From: Azolla caroliniana
Taxonomy: Eukaryota; Plantae; Polypodiophyta
Assembly (NCBI GenBank): GCA_043228905.1
Contig: JBHGNT010000007.1
Coordinates: 19,964,001 to 20,028,000, forward strand
DNA length: 64,000 bases
Reading direction: 5' to 3'
The notes beneath the pieces were generated by a model that saw only the letters and a list, made by a program, of their open reading frames with translations, had not been told where the DNA came from and did not search any database. The translations under genes and the position numbers were made by a program. Positions 1 through 12,492 of the stretch are shown here, piece by piece (positions within the stretch are counted from its first letter, which is position 1; each line of letters begins with the position of its first letter).

Positions 1-59
1 AGCTCTTTTTCGTTTCATTTTTATTTTTAGCATGAACGCCAAGGTTGTAGCAAAGAATG

Positions 60-430
60 AATGACACATATCAGTGCTAGGTTTGGCAAAGCACCAGATG
101 CCTACACACGTTTTAACCAAGAGAGCAATATCCCCCACCTACTGATAGTGAACCATGACCGGAGTAGACTCCATATGTAACTCTCGAGAAAACATATTTA
201 CACAACCTATGATGCCTATGCACGTAGTAACTATTGGATGAATGTCCCCTCCGTGGAGGAGAGACCTTACTAAACTTTGTATGTGGCTCTTAAAATAGAC
301 AACGCCTATACATGTGCTTTTTAACCAAAGGAATTGATACGCCCCTCAACGAACCAAGACTTAAGTAGATTCCACATGTAGAGAGCTCTCTTAGGAAACA
401 CATTTACTCCGTAGATGATGCCTATATTCT
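60..430. repeat. Diverged ~200-bp tandem repeat (about 2 units)
   Basis: The motifs gccta(c/t)ac...ttttaaccaa (~99, ~304) and agtaga(c/t)tcca(t/c)atgta...gaaa..ca.attta (~163, ~364) recur with ~200-bp spacing. Confidence 0.55.
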
Positions 431-584
431 TAGGATCATCCATCCTCAATGTTCGAGGCCTTGAGTAGGTTCTAAATGTAGCTCTAGCGGAATCACGCAC
501 ATATAGAGTAAGGAGCTCAAAAGGTGAACAAACTCATATATACACGATATGGTGCTCCGGAGGAGAGCAAACTCATATATGCAT

Positions 585-627
585 ACATACATACAATACA
601 CAATCACACACACGTGCACATACATAC

Positions 628-708
<81 letters not shown>

Positions 709-774
709 CATACATAACATACACATATACACATACATAACATACACATATACATATACATAACATACACATAC

Positions 775-830
<56 letters not shown>

Positions 831-852
831 TGTTATACACATACATATACAT
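585..852. repeat. (TACATA)n hexamer microsatellite
   Basis: Directly visible; it is the source of the spurious MY/HI/VY ORFs. Confidence 0.97.
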
Positions 853-1017
853 ATTTAGAAGTACTACACACAACATATGTGTAGCTAAATAGAGCTTATC
901 TCTATAGTAAAAAGAAGAAGAAGTAGACACACAAACATATACATATGTGTAGCTAAATAGAACTTTATCTCTGTAGTAAAAGAAGGAGGAGGAGGAAGTA
1001 GAAGAGAAGGGAGAGAA

Positions 1018-3637
1018 ATGAGTATGGACTGTCATGGTTCCAAGTCTCTACTCTTCATCATGCTTCTACACTGTGAATTGATCATCTCCATGGTGATGGT
1101 GATGGAGATGGTGGTGATGGGTGGAGCAAGTGTAAGCATAATGGGAGAGATGACAAGGATGGATGGAGGGGATCATGCTCATCATCATGGTAATGAAGAG
1201 ATTCATGACAGTCATAGCATGAATCCATGTCAGAGATCATCACCATCATCACCATCACTATCATCATCATCATCATCATCATCATCAAGAGGTTTGCTGA
1301 TGAGTAGTGCCAAAGAAGTGGTGATGGCTTCAGAGGAAGAGGAGGAGGAGGTTAGGAGCTATGGTGACACCATACCTGCAGCACCAGTGCAAGGGCAGGC
1401 CAGCAGTTGCTCCATAGACTTGAGTGAGCAGCTGTTAGGGGGTGTGAAAGTGGCATGCATGGGTGGGGGCACCTTGGAGAGGAGGCATTGCTGCCCTGTT
1501 CTGGCAGCTTGGCTAATGGCAGCTAGGCTCAAGGTAGCTCTCAACAAGGAGGATCCATCATCATCACCATCATCATCTTCTTCTTCATCACCATCATCAC
1601 CATCTCTGTCAGTCAATCCTCTGCAAGAAGATGGCCACATGCCTCTTCTTCCTGATGATTCTCTCGTGTGCATCGCGAGCCTGAAAGCCGCCCTCGCCGC
1701 CCGTGGTATCGTGCTCATCGCCCCTCCATCATCATCATCTTCTTCTTCTTCTTCTTCCTGTGATGTGGTGACATGCTTCTGTGGCATTAAGCTTAACCAC
1801 ATTACTTCTCAATCCTGTCCCTTACCTTTCAAAACCTCTTCAAATGCCATGGATCCACCCCAAAACCCTAATTCTGACACCACCATGTCAAGCATGAAGA
1901 AGCCATCATCATCAAGCATGAATCCATCATCATCAGGCATGGTGCCTGATACCAGCTTGGTAACTTTGCCATCACTACCCACTGGTCATAATACCAGTAC
2001 TACTACTACCACCAAGAATGCCACTGATTCTTCATCCCATGCTGATGATGCTAATAATGCCACAAGGATCACTCCTTCCAATCCCATGGGGTCCTCTGAT
2101 TTGCTTCATTCTTTGGCTTCCAATTGCACAGACCATTCCTACGCTGGCTGTAGTAGATGCTTGGCAACCCTCAGAAAGGTAATCTTAATCCCATACCCTA
2201 AAAAATCCCTAATGCTTCCAAGATTCCATCCAGGGGAAAAGAAAAACCAAAACCTCAATTCCTAACGCCCTAAGGTTCCTTTGCTTTTTGTTTTGTAATT
2301 CCATTCAGAAAAAGAAAACCCTAACCCTAATCCTAATATCCTAACCCCTAAAAATGTCATAAAGGAAAAGAAAACCCAAACCCCAATTCCTAAACCCTGA
2401 AGTTTCTAATGCTTTGGACATTTCATGAAGGGAAAATAAACTCAAACCCAAACCCTAATTCCTTACTCTAACCTTAGATCATAACTCCAACGCCAAACCC
2501 TAATGTCCTCACCCCTAAAGTTCCCAATGCTTTGGAAATTCCATAAAGATAGAAAAGAAGAAACCCAAACCCTAATGTCCTAACCCCTAAAGTTCCTAAT
2601 GCTTTGGAAATTCCATAAAGATAGAAAAGAAGAAAACCAAACCCCAAACCCAAACACTAATTCCTTAATTTAATCTTTGGCTCTTAGCTCCAAGCCCAAA
2701 TCCAAATGTCCCTAAACCCTAACGTTCCTAATGCCCCTAAACCCTAAAGTTCCTAATGCTTTGGAAATTCCATAAAGATAGAAAAGAAGAAAACCAAACC
2801 CCAAACCCAAACACTAATTCCTTAATTTAATCTTTGGCTCTTAGCTCCAAGCCCAAATCCAAATGTCCCTAAACCCTAACGTTCCTAATGCCCCTAAACC
2901 CTAAAGTTCCTAATGCTTTGGAAATTCCATAAAGAGAGTGCAAAAAAACAAAACAAATCCAAACCCAAAAACCTAATTCATGGTCCTAAGCCTAACCCTA
3001 GCTAGTAGGAGGTACTAGTGTGATTTGGGTACTTCATCTTACAATGTATATGTTAAGTGTAGTTATTACTAGACATTAGTCCCTATGTTTAATGCATTTT
3101 ATGTGCTATTGTATTTCATCTTGCTAAAAGAATGTCTTTTTTTGTAACCCTAAAGTTAAGTTCCTAATGGTTTCTTGTGATGTGGTCTTGGTCTTGGTGG
3201 TGGTATAGGAAGTCACTAGCAAGGTGGCCAAAGGCTTGGGTGTCACAAACTCGAGTAAAACAACATTGGACTGTGAACTTATCGGGTTGATGTGGCTTCT
3301 CGACCTCAACAAGAGTTTCTACATCCCGACCGTCTCAGCCGTAGTGAGGGCCCTAATGTATAGTGATGACCATAATAACAACAATCACACTAATACTAGT
3401 AGCAATAGTAGGAGCCTTCCCACTTGTAGCCTTGACACGGAGAACATGCCATTGGCACTCGACTACTTGGAAATGCTTTCACATTCTCCTCCTAATACTA
3501 AGTCTGGTAGTGCTCGCCAGGCTCTTTGTCCCCCTACCTTGCCTCTTCTCCTGACACTCCTCGTCGTCTTCATTGTTGTAACTTGTAACATGCTCCCTCC
3601 CTTCGATCGTGACCTAGTACATTCGTTGATATGTTGA
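1018..3637 (+). CDS. SPARK-domain GPI-anchored protein, At4g28100-like (2 exons)
   Basis: Exons 1018-2178 (AAG|GT) and 3209-3637 (TAG|GAA) join in frame. Motifs CSIDLSEQLLGGVKVAC, CCPVLAAWL, CFCGIKL, GCSRCLATLRK, DCELIGLMWLL..NKSFYIPTVSAVVRALMYS and ENMPLA match the At4g28100 family. Hydrophobic N- and C-termini; poly-Ser inserts. Confidence 0.88.
2250..3000. repeat. Intronic telomere-like (CCCTAA/CCCTAAA-rich) minisatellite with a 157-bp higher-order unit
   Basis: agttcctaatgctttgg occurs at 2591, 2748 and 2905 (period 157); many aaccctaa/ccctaaa variants. Confidence 0.85.
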
Positions 3638-6600
3638 GTATCCCCCTTTGTATGTATAATCCAATGCCTATAGATCATAATACGTCAAATTGTTTCGTCC
3701 GATTGTTTCCTCTCTCAATGAGTGTGTGACCATGAGAAGCTTCCTTTGATGTAGTATATTTCATTAATTCGTCATCTTTGTTTCTCTAACCGGGATTGTT
3801 ATCGTAGTACACTTTCCTTCATTGATGCATTTTAAGCTTAAGCAATGCTTGTCAATGCTTAAACTATGATGAATGAAGCACATTCTTAGTGTTGAGCATG
3901 CATAAAACAATGAACACCAAAAGTGAAACCACAAGCGCATAACCCTTGCCATCACCATCATGCCTATACATTGTCAATTTGAATTTTCAAAATGGTAACT
4001 TTATGGCTCGGTGTGAGGATGCACAAGAAATGGATTATGGAATTTAAAATGTCCATCTTGTACTTGTGTTGGATTTCAATGTATATATATAACCTGATGC
4101 CATAAGATCACTATATTCGTATTTTAAATTAAACTACCCACGGGAAATGGGTCTTGGAATTTTCATTCTCAATCAAGATAACCCACTATTTTAAATTCAA
4201 TTAGTATGCATCCAAAAAAAGTAGAATGTGAAAACAAACAAGACAATATATTCACATCATTCTTTAAACCTTGAACATATACTTGCGAAGCACATAATGT
4301 GATGCACTTGCTCTTCTTTATAGTCGTAGGGAGAGAATTGACCTTCATGAACCTATCAAGGAGACACATAATTAAATCAAATGTACAAAAAAAAACTTCC
4401 CTTCTACTAGGAAGAGAGGTGAATCAAAAAGAAAAGTAAGATTTGAATGACCCATGATGTCCTTAAAGAAAACACCATTGGAACGAACTTACATTTCGCC
4501 ATTGCATAAAACTTGTTTTAAACGTGTACGTCTCTTTTAAAAAGCCTACATTCTGCCGTCGGGATAAAAATTTATCTGTGGTTACTAGGGGTGTGAAAAA
4601 ATAAACACAAACAGACATATGTGAGAAAGGGAATAATAGAGGAATATAAGAGTATGTGAATACAGACAAGATGGTATCGTCCTCCCCTTTCCCACCCGTG
4701 TGTCTTTTTGCCCTTGTGAGCTTGTAGTTGTAGCATCTATCGCGAGGGAACCTTGACAAACTAACCCCCCCACCCCACCCCTTTTCTTTTACCTTTCTTT
4801 GCATGCATGTGACATACATACAATGGAACCAAAGCATGCTCAGCTTTAATGCCCACATTCCAATGCCTTTTTCACATGTAAATGGCCCATGTATCGTTCT
4901 CTCTTTCTGTCCGCAGTTATCATAGACCTCGTGAGGCGTGCAAGCATCGATTTGTTGATTCCTATGTAATGCGATAATGTTAAGTAAACTCACTTCACAA
5001 TATTACAATAGTCCAATCATCACTATCAAAAGCTAGACATAAATGTGTACCTATTGGACTCATTTCACGTTAGGTCTCTTCACCTCTTCGTAGACTACAC
5101 ATCGAGGCATATGATGCAAAGGATGGCTTCATAGGAAAACTATACTTGTCAAAGGTTTGGTTCATGGTAACATTGTTAGGCTTCTTGTAACTAGTACGTG
5201 CTTGATATTAATAAGCATGTTTATAACAATTGAGTTAATGTACGTATTTCCAGTTCTAGAGCATCCTCCGTATATATTTCACAAATCAAATGTAACGAGT
5301 TTATAATTTATTGTAGTTTAAATAATAAAAATGTGTGTTTGTCACAATCAAATGTAACGAGTTTTGCTATTTGTGAACATGTTATAAAAAAATGAATCAA
5401 GTGGTTCTATAACCAAGCAAATTGGGAAAAACAGGGATACATTGTTAATCGTGAACATAATAAAATAAGGATCAAGTGGCCCATAACTAAGCAATTTGGG
5501 AAAAACACGGAGTCACATGTCACACCTTGCTCTATATTTCCCAAGACAATTTAAACAAACTTCCATAGAAATGCAAAAACTTGGAAAATGAAACGTGTTT
5601 GATTTACTGTTGTGGGTCTAATGTAACAAATGTTATTATCTAATGTAACTGTTATGATTTTCCGAGGATCGAGAATACCTTTTTGGAACCAATTCATATT
5701 GTCCCTATAGTATATTATTTTTGCTTATTTGGACACTTCAGGAATGTCGTGTGTACATCAAAATGTCTGGGGATAATATTGATTGATGGTTCGTTTATTT
5801 TGTTAAAACCTACTTGCTCAAATACTTTGGCGCACTTTAGATCATGTCTAATTGGACTCTCCGACGCAAATTCTAAGAAGATTGAAATTGTATATACACA
5901 CATGTTAGCATTGTTGCATCGAGTTATCAAGAATAACTCTTCCATACCCACCAAAGAGACTTGACAATGCAAGCTTATAAAGGGGAAAGTACTCTTTGAT
6001 GTGTTGTTTTCTGTGATATATCTTTCTATATATGGCTTGATACTATATCTTCATTTGCCTCCCTTCAACTAAAAACACATATTATACTTACGGTTGAGAT
6101 GAAAGTGCCCATGCCAATTTGTGTCCAACAAATTTAGTGTTGACAACATTTTGTTTTGTTAGGGCTTCTTAGGAATATCCTTGAGGTAGATGAATAAATA
6201 AGGTTAGTGACTAAAGCTTCTAAATTTGAGTTGGTAGGCTTTTTGGGTGTGGTATGTGGGTCATGACTACTATGAATTAGCAAGATAAAGGTGTAGCTCA
6301 AAAAACCAAAACTAAAGCTAGCATATAATTTAGGATATTGTCCTTTCAAGTTTGATCAAAACTCGTTATTCTATTGTCTAAACCCTCATTGGACAAAACA
6401 AATACAAGATACCCATGCTGGTAAAACTGCCGCATGGATTGAAAGAGATGAAAACCCGAGGGGGATGAACATAATCTTAGCTTGAAAATTCAACACCACT
6501 CTCCAATTTCCTTGTTTATTATAAGTGGAGCCAATCATATTCTCTTGTAGTACTAGCATCCTCACTATCATTTGTTGATCCCCTATATACCCAACAATGC

Positions 6601-7349
6601 AAATGTTTAATTCTAGTGTCACGTTTCTGGTTTTTATTTTGTGTGTGTGTGTGTGTGTATGGTCCCTTATGTTCAAGTTATTCCCATATCATGTAAGTGT
6701 ATGGAAGAGACAAGAGCAAACAACACTTTGATTCGTGTACTAAAAGGCCAACCACATTGTCGAGAAAACATATTCCTTGAGTCTACTTTGTTACAAAACA
6801 AATATGAGATCGAAATACTTCCTTCCGTAAGAAGGCATCGTCAATTCATCAAGCATAAAAGAGCTTTTTCTTTTCTTCATTTTGCGTTTACTTTTTTTTT
6901 ATGTTGATTTGAAGCTCTCGTTTCTTAATCACACATTTCTCATTGCATCAAGCAAACCAGAAATACCGAAGTTAGTAAGAACTATGATGATTCATGAATA
7001 TCTAAAACATTTTTTCTTTTATTTAAACAATGATTTCCCCTAGTGTCCTTTGATTAACCCCTTGAAAAAGCAATTATATGTGCGATTTGAGCAATTACAT
7101 GGTCTATTCCTCCTCTTTTCCTGTCTTCATGTATGAAGAAATCAAGGAAAACTATGGAGGTATTTGGAGTTTCAGGAGAGAAAGGAAACCTTGAGGATAT
7201 TTTGGAGGATTTTATCCCATAAGATGTACTCTTATGATATTTACATCTTATAAGTTTTTTCAAGTCAATCTATTCATTAAATGTATCATCTTCTTTAATT
7301 AACCCATCTTGCTAACTCCTAATTTCATTGTTTTGGGTCAACTTAGGGC

Positions 7350-8240
7350 ATGGAATCGATGCGTGAAAGTGATGTCCAAATAGTACTCAATATCATCTCT
7401 GCACAAGACTTGAAGAGGACTCGCTTTGTTGGGAAAGTTCATGCATATGCGATCGCATGGATACAAACCCATACTCGCATCACAACACATGTTGATATGG
7501 AAGGAGACATTAATCCTACCTGGAACACTACAATGACTTTCCTTGTAGATAGACACCTGCTTCATGATGAGAGGTCCACCATTATTTCTATTCAAATTTT
7601 CAACAAAGGTCGCATTAAAGACACATTATTGGGCATTGTAGGCATAGTATTGTCTAGTATTTATGATCGAGGCAAGTCTCGTGGAGGCATTCAATATTGT
7701 GCACTACAAATCAGAAGGCCGTCGGGTCGAGCTCAAGGTATCCTCAATATAGGGTCCATGATATTAGAAAATGATGATCGTATATTATTGTTGCCAAGGA
7801 CAAGTAAAGAAGAGTTTGATAATAATTATTCGGATGATTCACAAACATCATCACCCCATCATCAACAACCACATGTGCTAGACTTGGAGCCAAGTATTCA
7901 AGAAGAGCAACAAGAGTCAAGCAAAACCCAATATGAAGTAATTGAAAGACAATCGGACATACAAGATGAGATCAATGAATTTTCTCCACATTTGTTTAAA
8001 GATGAGAATCCACAATCATATATTCAAGATGAGATCAAGGAACTTACCACACATTTGATCAACGGTGAGAATCCACAATCATACATTCAAGATGAGATCA
8101 AGGAACTTACCACACATTTGATCAACGGTGAGAATCCACAATCAAACATTCAAGATGAGATCGAGGAACTTACACCACATTTGATCAAAGGTGAGAATCC
8201 ACAATCCCAAATGCAAGATGAGATCGTGGAACTTACATAA
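7350..8240 (+). CDS. C2 (CaLB/SRC2-like) domain protein with 21-aa tandem repeats; probably truncated or pseudogenising
   Basis: IISAQDLK, YAIAWI, TTHVDMEGDINPTWN, DTLLG and ALQIRRPSGRAQGILNIG are plant SRC2-like C2 motifs. The ENPQSYIQDEIKELTTHLING repeats continue past the stop with frameshifts. Confidence 0.75.
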   Translation: MESMRESDVQIVLNIISAQDLKRTRFVGKVHAYAIAWIQTHTRITTHVDMEGDINPTWNTTMTFLVDRHLLHDERSTIISIQIFNKGRIKDTLLGIVGIVLSSIYDRGKSRGGIQYCALQIRRPSGRAQGILNIGSMILENDDRILLLPRTSKEEFDNNYSDDSQTSSPHHQQPHVLDLEPSIQEEQQESSKTQYEVIERQSDIQDEINEFSPHLFKDENPQSYIQDEIKELTTHLINGENPQSYIQDEIKELTTHLINGENPQSNIQDEIEELTPHLIKGENPQSQMQDEIVELT

Positions 8241-8840
8241 TTTGATAAAAGGCAAGAATCCACAATCCCACATCCAATATGAGATTAAAGAACTTACCCC
8301 ACATTTAATCAAATGTGAGCATTCACTATCTAACATTCAAGATGGGATTAAAGAACTTTCCCCATATTTGATCAAAGGTAACCATCAATCTCACATCCAA
8401 CATGAGATCAAGGAACTTTCCCCACATTTGATCGAAGAAGAGAATCCATGATCAAACATCCAAGATGAGATCAAGGATCATTCTATACATTTGATGAAAG
8501 GTGGGGGATCCATAATCTAACATCTGAGATGTATCAATGTTCTCCACACTTGATTGAAGGCGAAAATCCACCCACAAACATCCAAGATGAGTTCAATGGA
8601 CTTTCTCCACATTTTACTTGAGGTGAGCATTCACACTGAAACATTAAAGATGAGATCAAGGCATTTTCGCAACATCCACAATCAAATGTCCGAGTATCCA
8701 ACAAGGAAGAGGTGCTGCTCAACTCCATCGATCTGATGGATCTACAATGAACATCCAAAATGAGATAAAAAAACTCTCCTCATTTAGCCAAAGGTGAGCA
8801 TCCATAATCAAATAATCAAGATGAGAATGAGGCACTTTCT
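7950..8840 (+). repeat. 63-bp coding-derived tandem repeat array (~14-15 units, increasingly degenerate)
   Basis: A caagatgagatcaaggaactt...catttgatcaa.ggtgagaatccacaatc core recurs about every 63 bp (e.g. ~8024, 8088, 8151, 8214, 8338, 8461, 8583). Confidence 0.9.
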
Positions 8841-9486
8841 CAACAGCATCCAAAGTAAATGACATGCAACAATTATGAAAGTGAAATTAAGTTTTTTTAT
8901 CACCATCAATCAAATATCCAAGAAACTAATGAAGAAATAGATCATACCAGTTATGATGGCATCCATCACAATGGTGAATTTCTATCTCGCTAACAATAAA
9001 ATGCCCAAGTGGAGAATTTCCAAGAAATTAAGAAAGAATTAAGTAATCCCGAAACCTACACATAGTTAAAACCAATAATCAATACACCAGCCTCAGGGTG
9101 TTTAGACAACAGTGAATATAAATAATTATGTGATAGCTTTCCAGTAGAGAACATAATAGCTAAGAACACAATCACAAGTTCCAACCTTTAAATAGCCAAT
9201 GTGATCCATAGACCCAGAACTCTACATTCAGCAGGATTATGATATTTGCATATCAAGGGATAGGCACCGGAGGCAGTCAATATAGAATCTACAAAACATA
9301 AGACAATCATTAAAACCATCCAATTGATTGCAATAATTTTTACTTGTTTACTTATGTATAATATATCTCCTTCTCTTCTCTCCATGCCTAGATCATCTTT
9401 GACCTCACCAACACCCAGAAACATGCCTAAAGATTGGAGTGGGAAAAAGAATAAAAGAATACATGTAGAACACCATCCGTTAGTAA

Positions 9487-12036
9487 TCACAATTGACTCT
9501 CCATGGATTCAAAGATCAACTCCAGTTTTGGGGAATACCCTTCTTCCTTCAATTTCCTAGATAATCTCTGAAACTTATGATACATGTCATTGCTGCCAAG
9601 AGTTATGCTCTCTCCCACAACAAACTCTTGCATCATGTGCCCAACCTCGATGCATGCCCTACCAGGCTTCTTCCATGCACTTGAATACTTCTTCAGTCCT
9701 TGAACGTTCTTTACATCGTCCAACATGCCAAATTCACCAAATATATTCGATAACATAGTGTATACAGATGCACTATCAGGTTCCAACTGACTAATTTCAT
9801 TAAGGCATTGTTTTCCTAGCTCTACATTACCATACATCCGACAACCAGTTAGCAATGACATCCATGTTATAATGTCTGGCCGAAAAGGCATAGTTTGTGG
9901 CACCTTTCTTGCCTCCAATAAATGTCCGGCTCGGCCAAGGAGATCTATCATAGAATTGAAATGCTCAATACTAGGTGTAATCCCATGGTCATGTATCATA
10001 GACTTGAAGTAGCAATATCCTTCCTCCACTAAAGCTGCCTCACTACAAGCAGAAAAAATGCTACTAAAGGTCCAACTATCTGGACTTATTCCCTGGTATA
10101 GCATGTCCTCGTAACATTGCAGAGCCAACTTGGAGAAACCGAGCTCAGCATAGCCAGAAATCATTGCATTCCAGGATACCACATTCTTTTCTCTTATCTT
10201 AACAAATATATTTCGAGCTTCTTCAAGATTCTTGCATTTAGTATATGTATCTAGAATGGTATTTCCAATCGCCAGATCAGACTCGAGATCCCTTTCAATG
10301 ATCCAATGATGAATCAACATGCCCATCTTTAGTGCTCCTACATTACTGCAAGCTTTTAAAATACACAAAATTAGAGCTCGGTCAGGCATTACCCCTTCCT
10401 TATGTAGCCGTATAAACAGATCAAGAGCAGGAAGGCCTTGTCCATCTTGCACATAACCTGCCATCATTGTACTCCATGAAATCACATCCTGAACCTGCAG
10501 TTCATCAAACACCTTTATGGCATCCTCAAGCCTCTCACATTTGATATACATGTCTATTAAAGCATTTCCTGTGATAACATCTATTTTGGTTCCACTTCTA
10601 ATAAGATGCTCATGTATTTGTTTACCATCTTCCAGTGATTGTATGGTGCTACATGCTTTTAGCGCACAAGGAAAAATAGTATCACATGGTGTTATGCCCT
10701 CCCTTTGCATTCTATGAAACATTTCAAGGGCTGGAAGACCTTGCCCATGTTGGGTATAACCTGAAATCATAGCACCCCAAGAAACTTCTGTTCTAATAGG
10801 TAATCTTTCAAATGCTTCGCGCGCTTCTTTTAGACATCCACATTTTGCATACATATCAATAAGTGTATTCCCAACGATTGTGTCATACTCATACCCATTT
10901 TTCTTCACTTGATCGTGTATCATCTTTCCATGCTCTATGTCACCCATGGTGCCACATGCCTTCAAAATTGAAGAAAATAATGCTTTATCTGGTTCAATAC
11001 CATCTCGCTGCATTTCTTCAAAAAGACTAAGGGCTAATGTACAATGTCCATGTTGAACATATCCTGCAACCATTGAACCCCATGATATATGGTCTTGAAA
11101 AACCAAGTTATCAAAGACTTTGCGAGCATCCTCTAGCATTTCGCATTTAGCATACATATCAATAAGTGCATTCCCTATGTCCAAATGAACATCAAATCCA
11201 GTAATTATGAGTTGATTATGTATCTCTTTTCCTAATCCAAGTGCTTTGATGCTACAACAAGCTCTTATAATGCATAAAAATGTGACCTTTGTTGGAATCA
11301 TGCCTGCATGTTGCATATCCTTGAAAATATACATCGCAGTTAAACAATTGCCTTGCTGAACATGTCCTATCATTAATGCATTCCATGAAACAAAATTTCT
11401 TTGTGGCATTCTATTAAACACTCCCTCAGCATCATTTAGGAATGCACATTTTGCATACACGTCCAGAAGTGTGCTTGCAAGAGCCACATCAGACTCCATA
11501 CCAGCTCTTATAATCTCATCATGCAGAATCTTGCATGGTTTTATAGTTTCAATGCAGCCACATGCTTTCAAAAGACACAAATAGATGACTCTATCTGGTT
11601 TTACACCAATCTCTTGCATTTGCTGGTAAAGAGAAAGTGCGTCATGACCAAATCCATGCTCAATATATCCAGTTATCATAGCACCCCACAGCACAACATT
11701 CCTTTGTGACGTAACATTGAACACATTTCTTGATTCTTTTAAACATCTGAATTTTGCATATGTAACAATGAGACTGCTGCTGATATTAACATCCATATAA
11801 AGACCAATTCTTATAATTTGATCATGTGTTTCCATGGCATGTTTGATGGATCCAGCACCCACACATGCTTTTAAGACAGTTGTGAAGATAACCCGGTCTG
11901 GTTGTATGCCTTCGGCTTGCATGTTCTCAAAACATTCCAGAGCAACCATGCTATGCCCATTTTGGAAGTATCTAGAAATCATTGATCCCCATTGCATTAG
12001 GCTTTTGTTTGAGAAGCATCTTGAAGCCAATTGCAT
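9487..12036 (-). CDS. PLS-class pentatricopeptide repeat protein with E/E+ domains, lacking a complete DYW deaminase
   Basis: 849-aa uninterrupted ORF with repeated P-L-S triplets (GNALIDMYAKC, VSWNAMISGY), the E motifs HFNSMIDLLGRAG and WMSLLTGCRMYGN, then WKKPGRACIEV and GYSP. No HxE/CxxC motif. Confidence 0.95.
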   Translation of the reverse strand: MQLASRCFSNKSLMQWGSMISRYFQNGHSMVALECFENMQAEGIQPDRVIFTTVLKACVGAGSIKHAMETHDQIIRIGLYMDVNISSSLIVTYAKFRCLKESRNVFNVTSQRNVVLWGAMITGYIEHGFGHDALSLYQQMQEIGVKPDRVIYLCLLKACGCIETIKPCKILHDEIIRAGMESDVALASTLLDVYAKCAFLNDAEGVFNRMPQRNFVSWNALMIGHVQQGNCLTAMYIFKDMQHAGMIPTKVTFLCIIRACCSIKALGLGKEIHNQLIITGFDVHLDIGNALIDMYAKCEMLEDARKVFDNLVFQDHISWGSMVAGYVQHGHCTLALSLFEEMQRDGIEPDKALFSSILKACGTMGDIEHGKMIHDQVKKNGYEYDTIVGNTLIDMYAKCGCLKEAREAFERLPIRTEVSWGAMISGYTQHGQGLPALEMFHRMQREGITPCDTIFPCALKACSTIQSLEDGKQIHEHLIRSGTKIDVITGNALIDMYIKCERLEDAIKVFDELQVQDVISWSTMMAGYVQDGQGLPALDLFIRLHKEGVMPDRALILCILKACSNVGALKMGMLIHHWIIERDLESDLAIGNTILDTYTKCKNLEEARNIFVKIREKNVVSWNAMISGYAELGFSKLALQCYEDMLYQGISPDSWTFSSIFSACSEAALVEEGYCYFKSMIHDHGITPSIEHFNSMIDLLGRAGHLLEARKVPQTMPFRPDIITWMSLLTGCRMYGNVELGKQCLNEISQLEPDSASVYTMLSNIFGEFGMLDDVKNVQGLKKYSSAWKKPGRACIEVGHMMQEFVVGESITLGSNDMYHKFQRLSRKLKEEGYSPKLELIFESMESQL

Positions 12037-12492
12037 TGCTTACAAAGAACAAAGAGAACACAATAAAAGAAATATGAAAGCAAATCTTGTGACTTGCATT
12101 TTGGTCTCAATTTCTTATAACTTACACTTTGATCTCAAATTTTGTTGCTTGGATTTATATTGATTTGTGAATAAGCTATTGGATGACTTTGGTATCTAGA
12201 AAAAAGCGAAAGCAACTCTTGGAATTTACATTTTGGTATCATATCTTGTGACTTATATTTTGATTGATTTGTTGAAAAGTGGTGGGACTACTCAACTCTA
12301 TTGAAAAGAACAACAAAACAAACACTTCTGACTTAGATTTTGAACTCCAACCTTGTGACTTACATGTTGAATGCCTTATCTAAGAAGGAGCACGATTATT
12401 TTGCTCTCTTGGAAAAGCACCAAGGATCATCTTCTGACTTGATTTTGATTTCACATCTTGCAATTAAAATGTAAACTGATTTGTTGAAAATT

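Noticed and set aside
446-1035. ORFs of alternating MY/HI/CI residues
   Set aside because: Translations of the (TACATA)n microsatellite.
7950-8840. Possible CRISPR-like array
   Set aside because: Contiguous 63-bp coding repeats without unique spacers, no cas genes, eukaryotic context.
8840-9300. Stop codons that U-to-C editing or read-through could repair
   Set aside because: Nuclear locus with frameshifts as well; plant U-to-C editing is organellar, so ordinary C>T decay is simpler.
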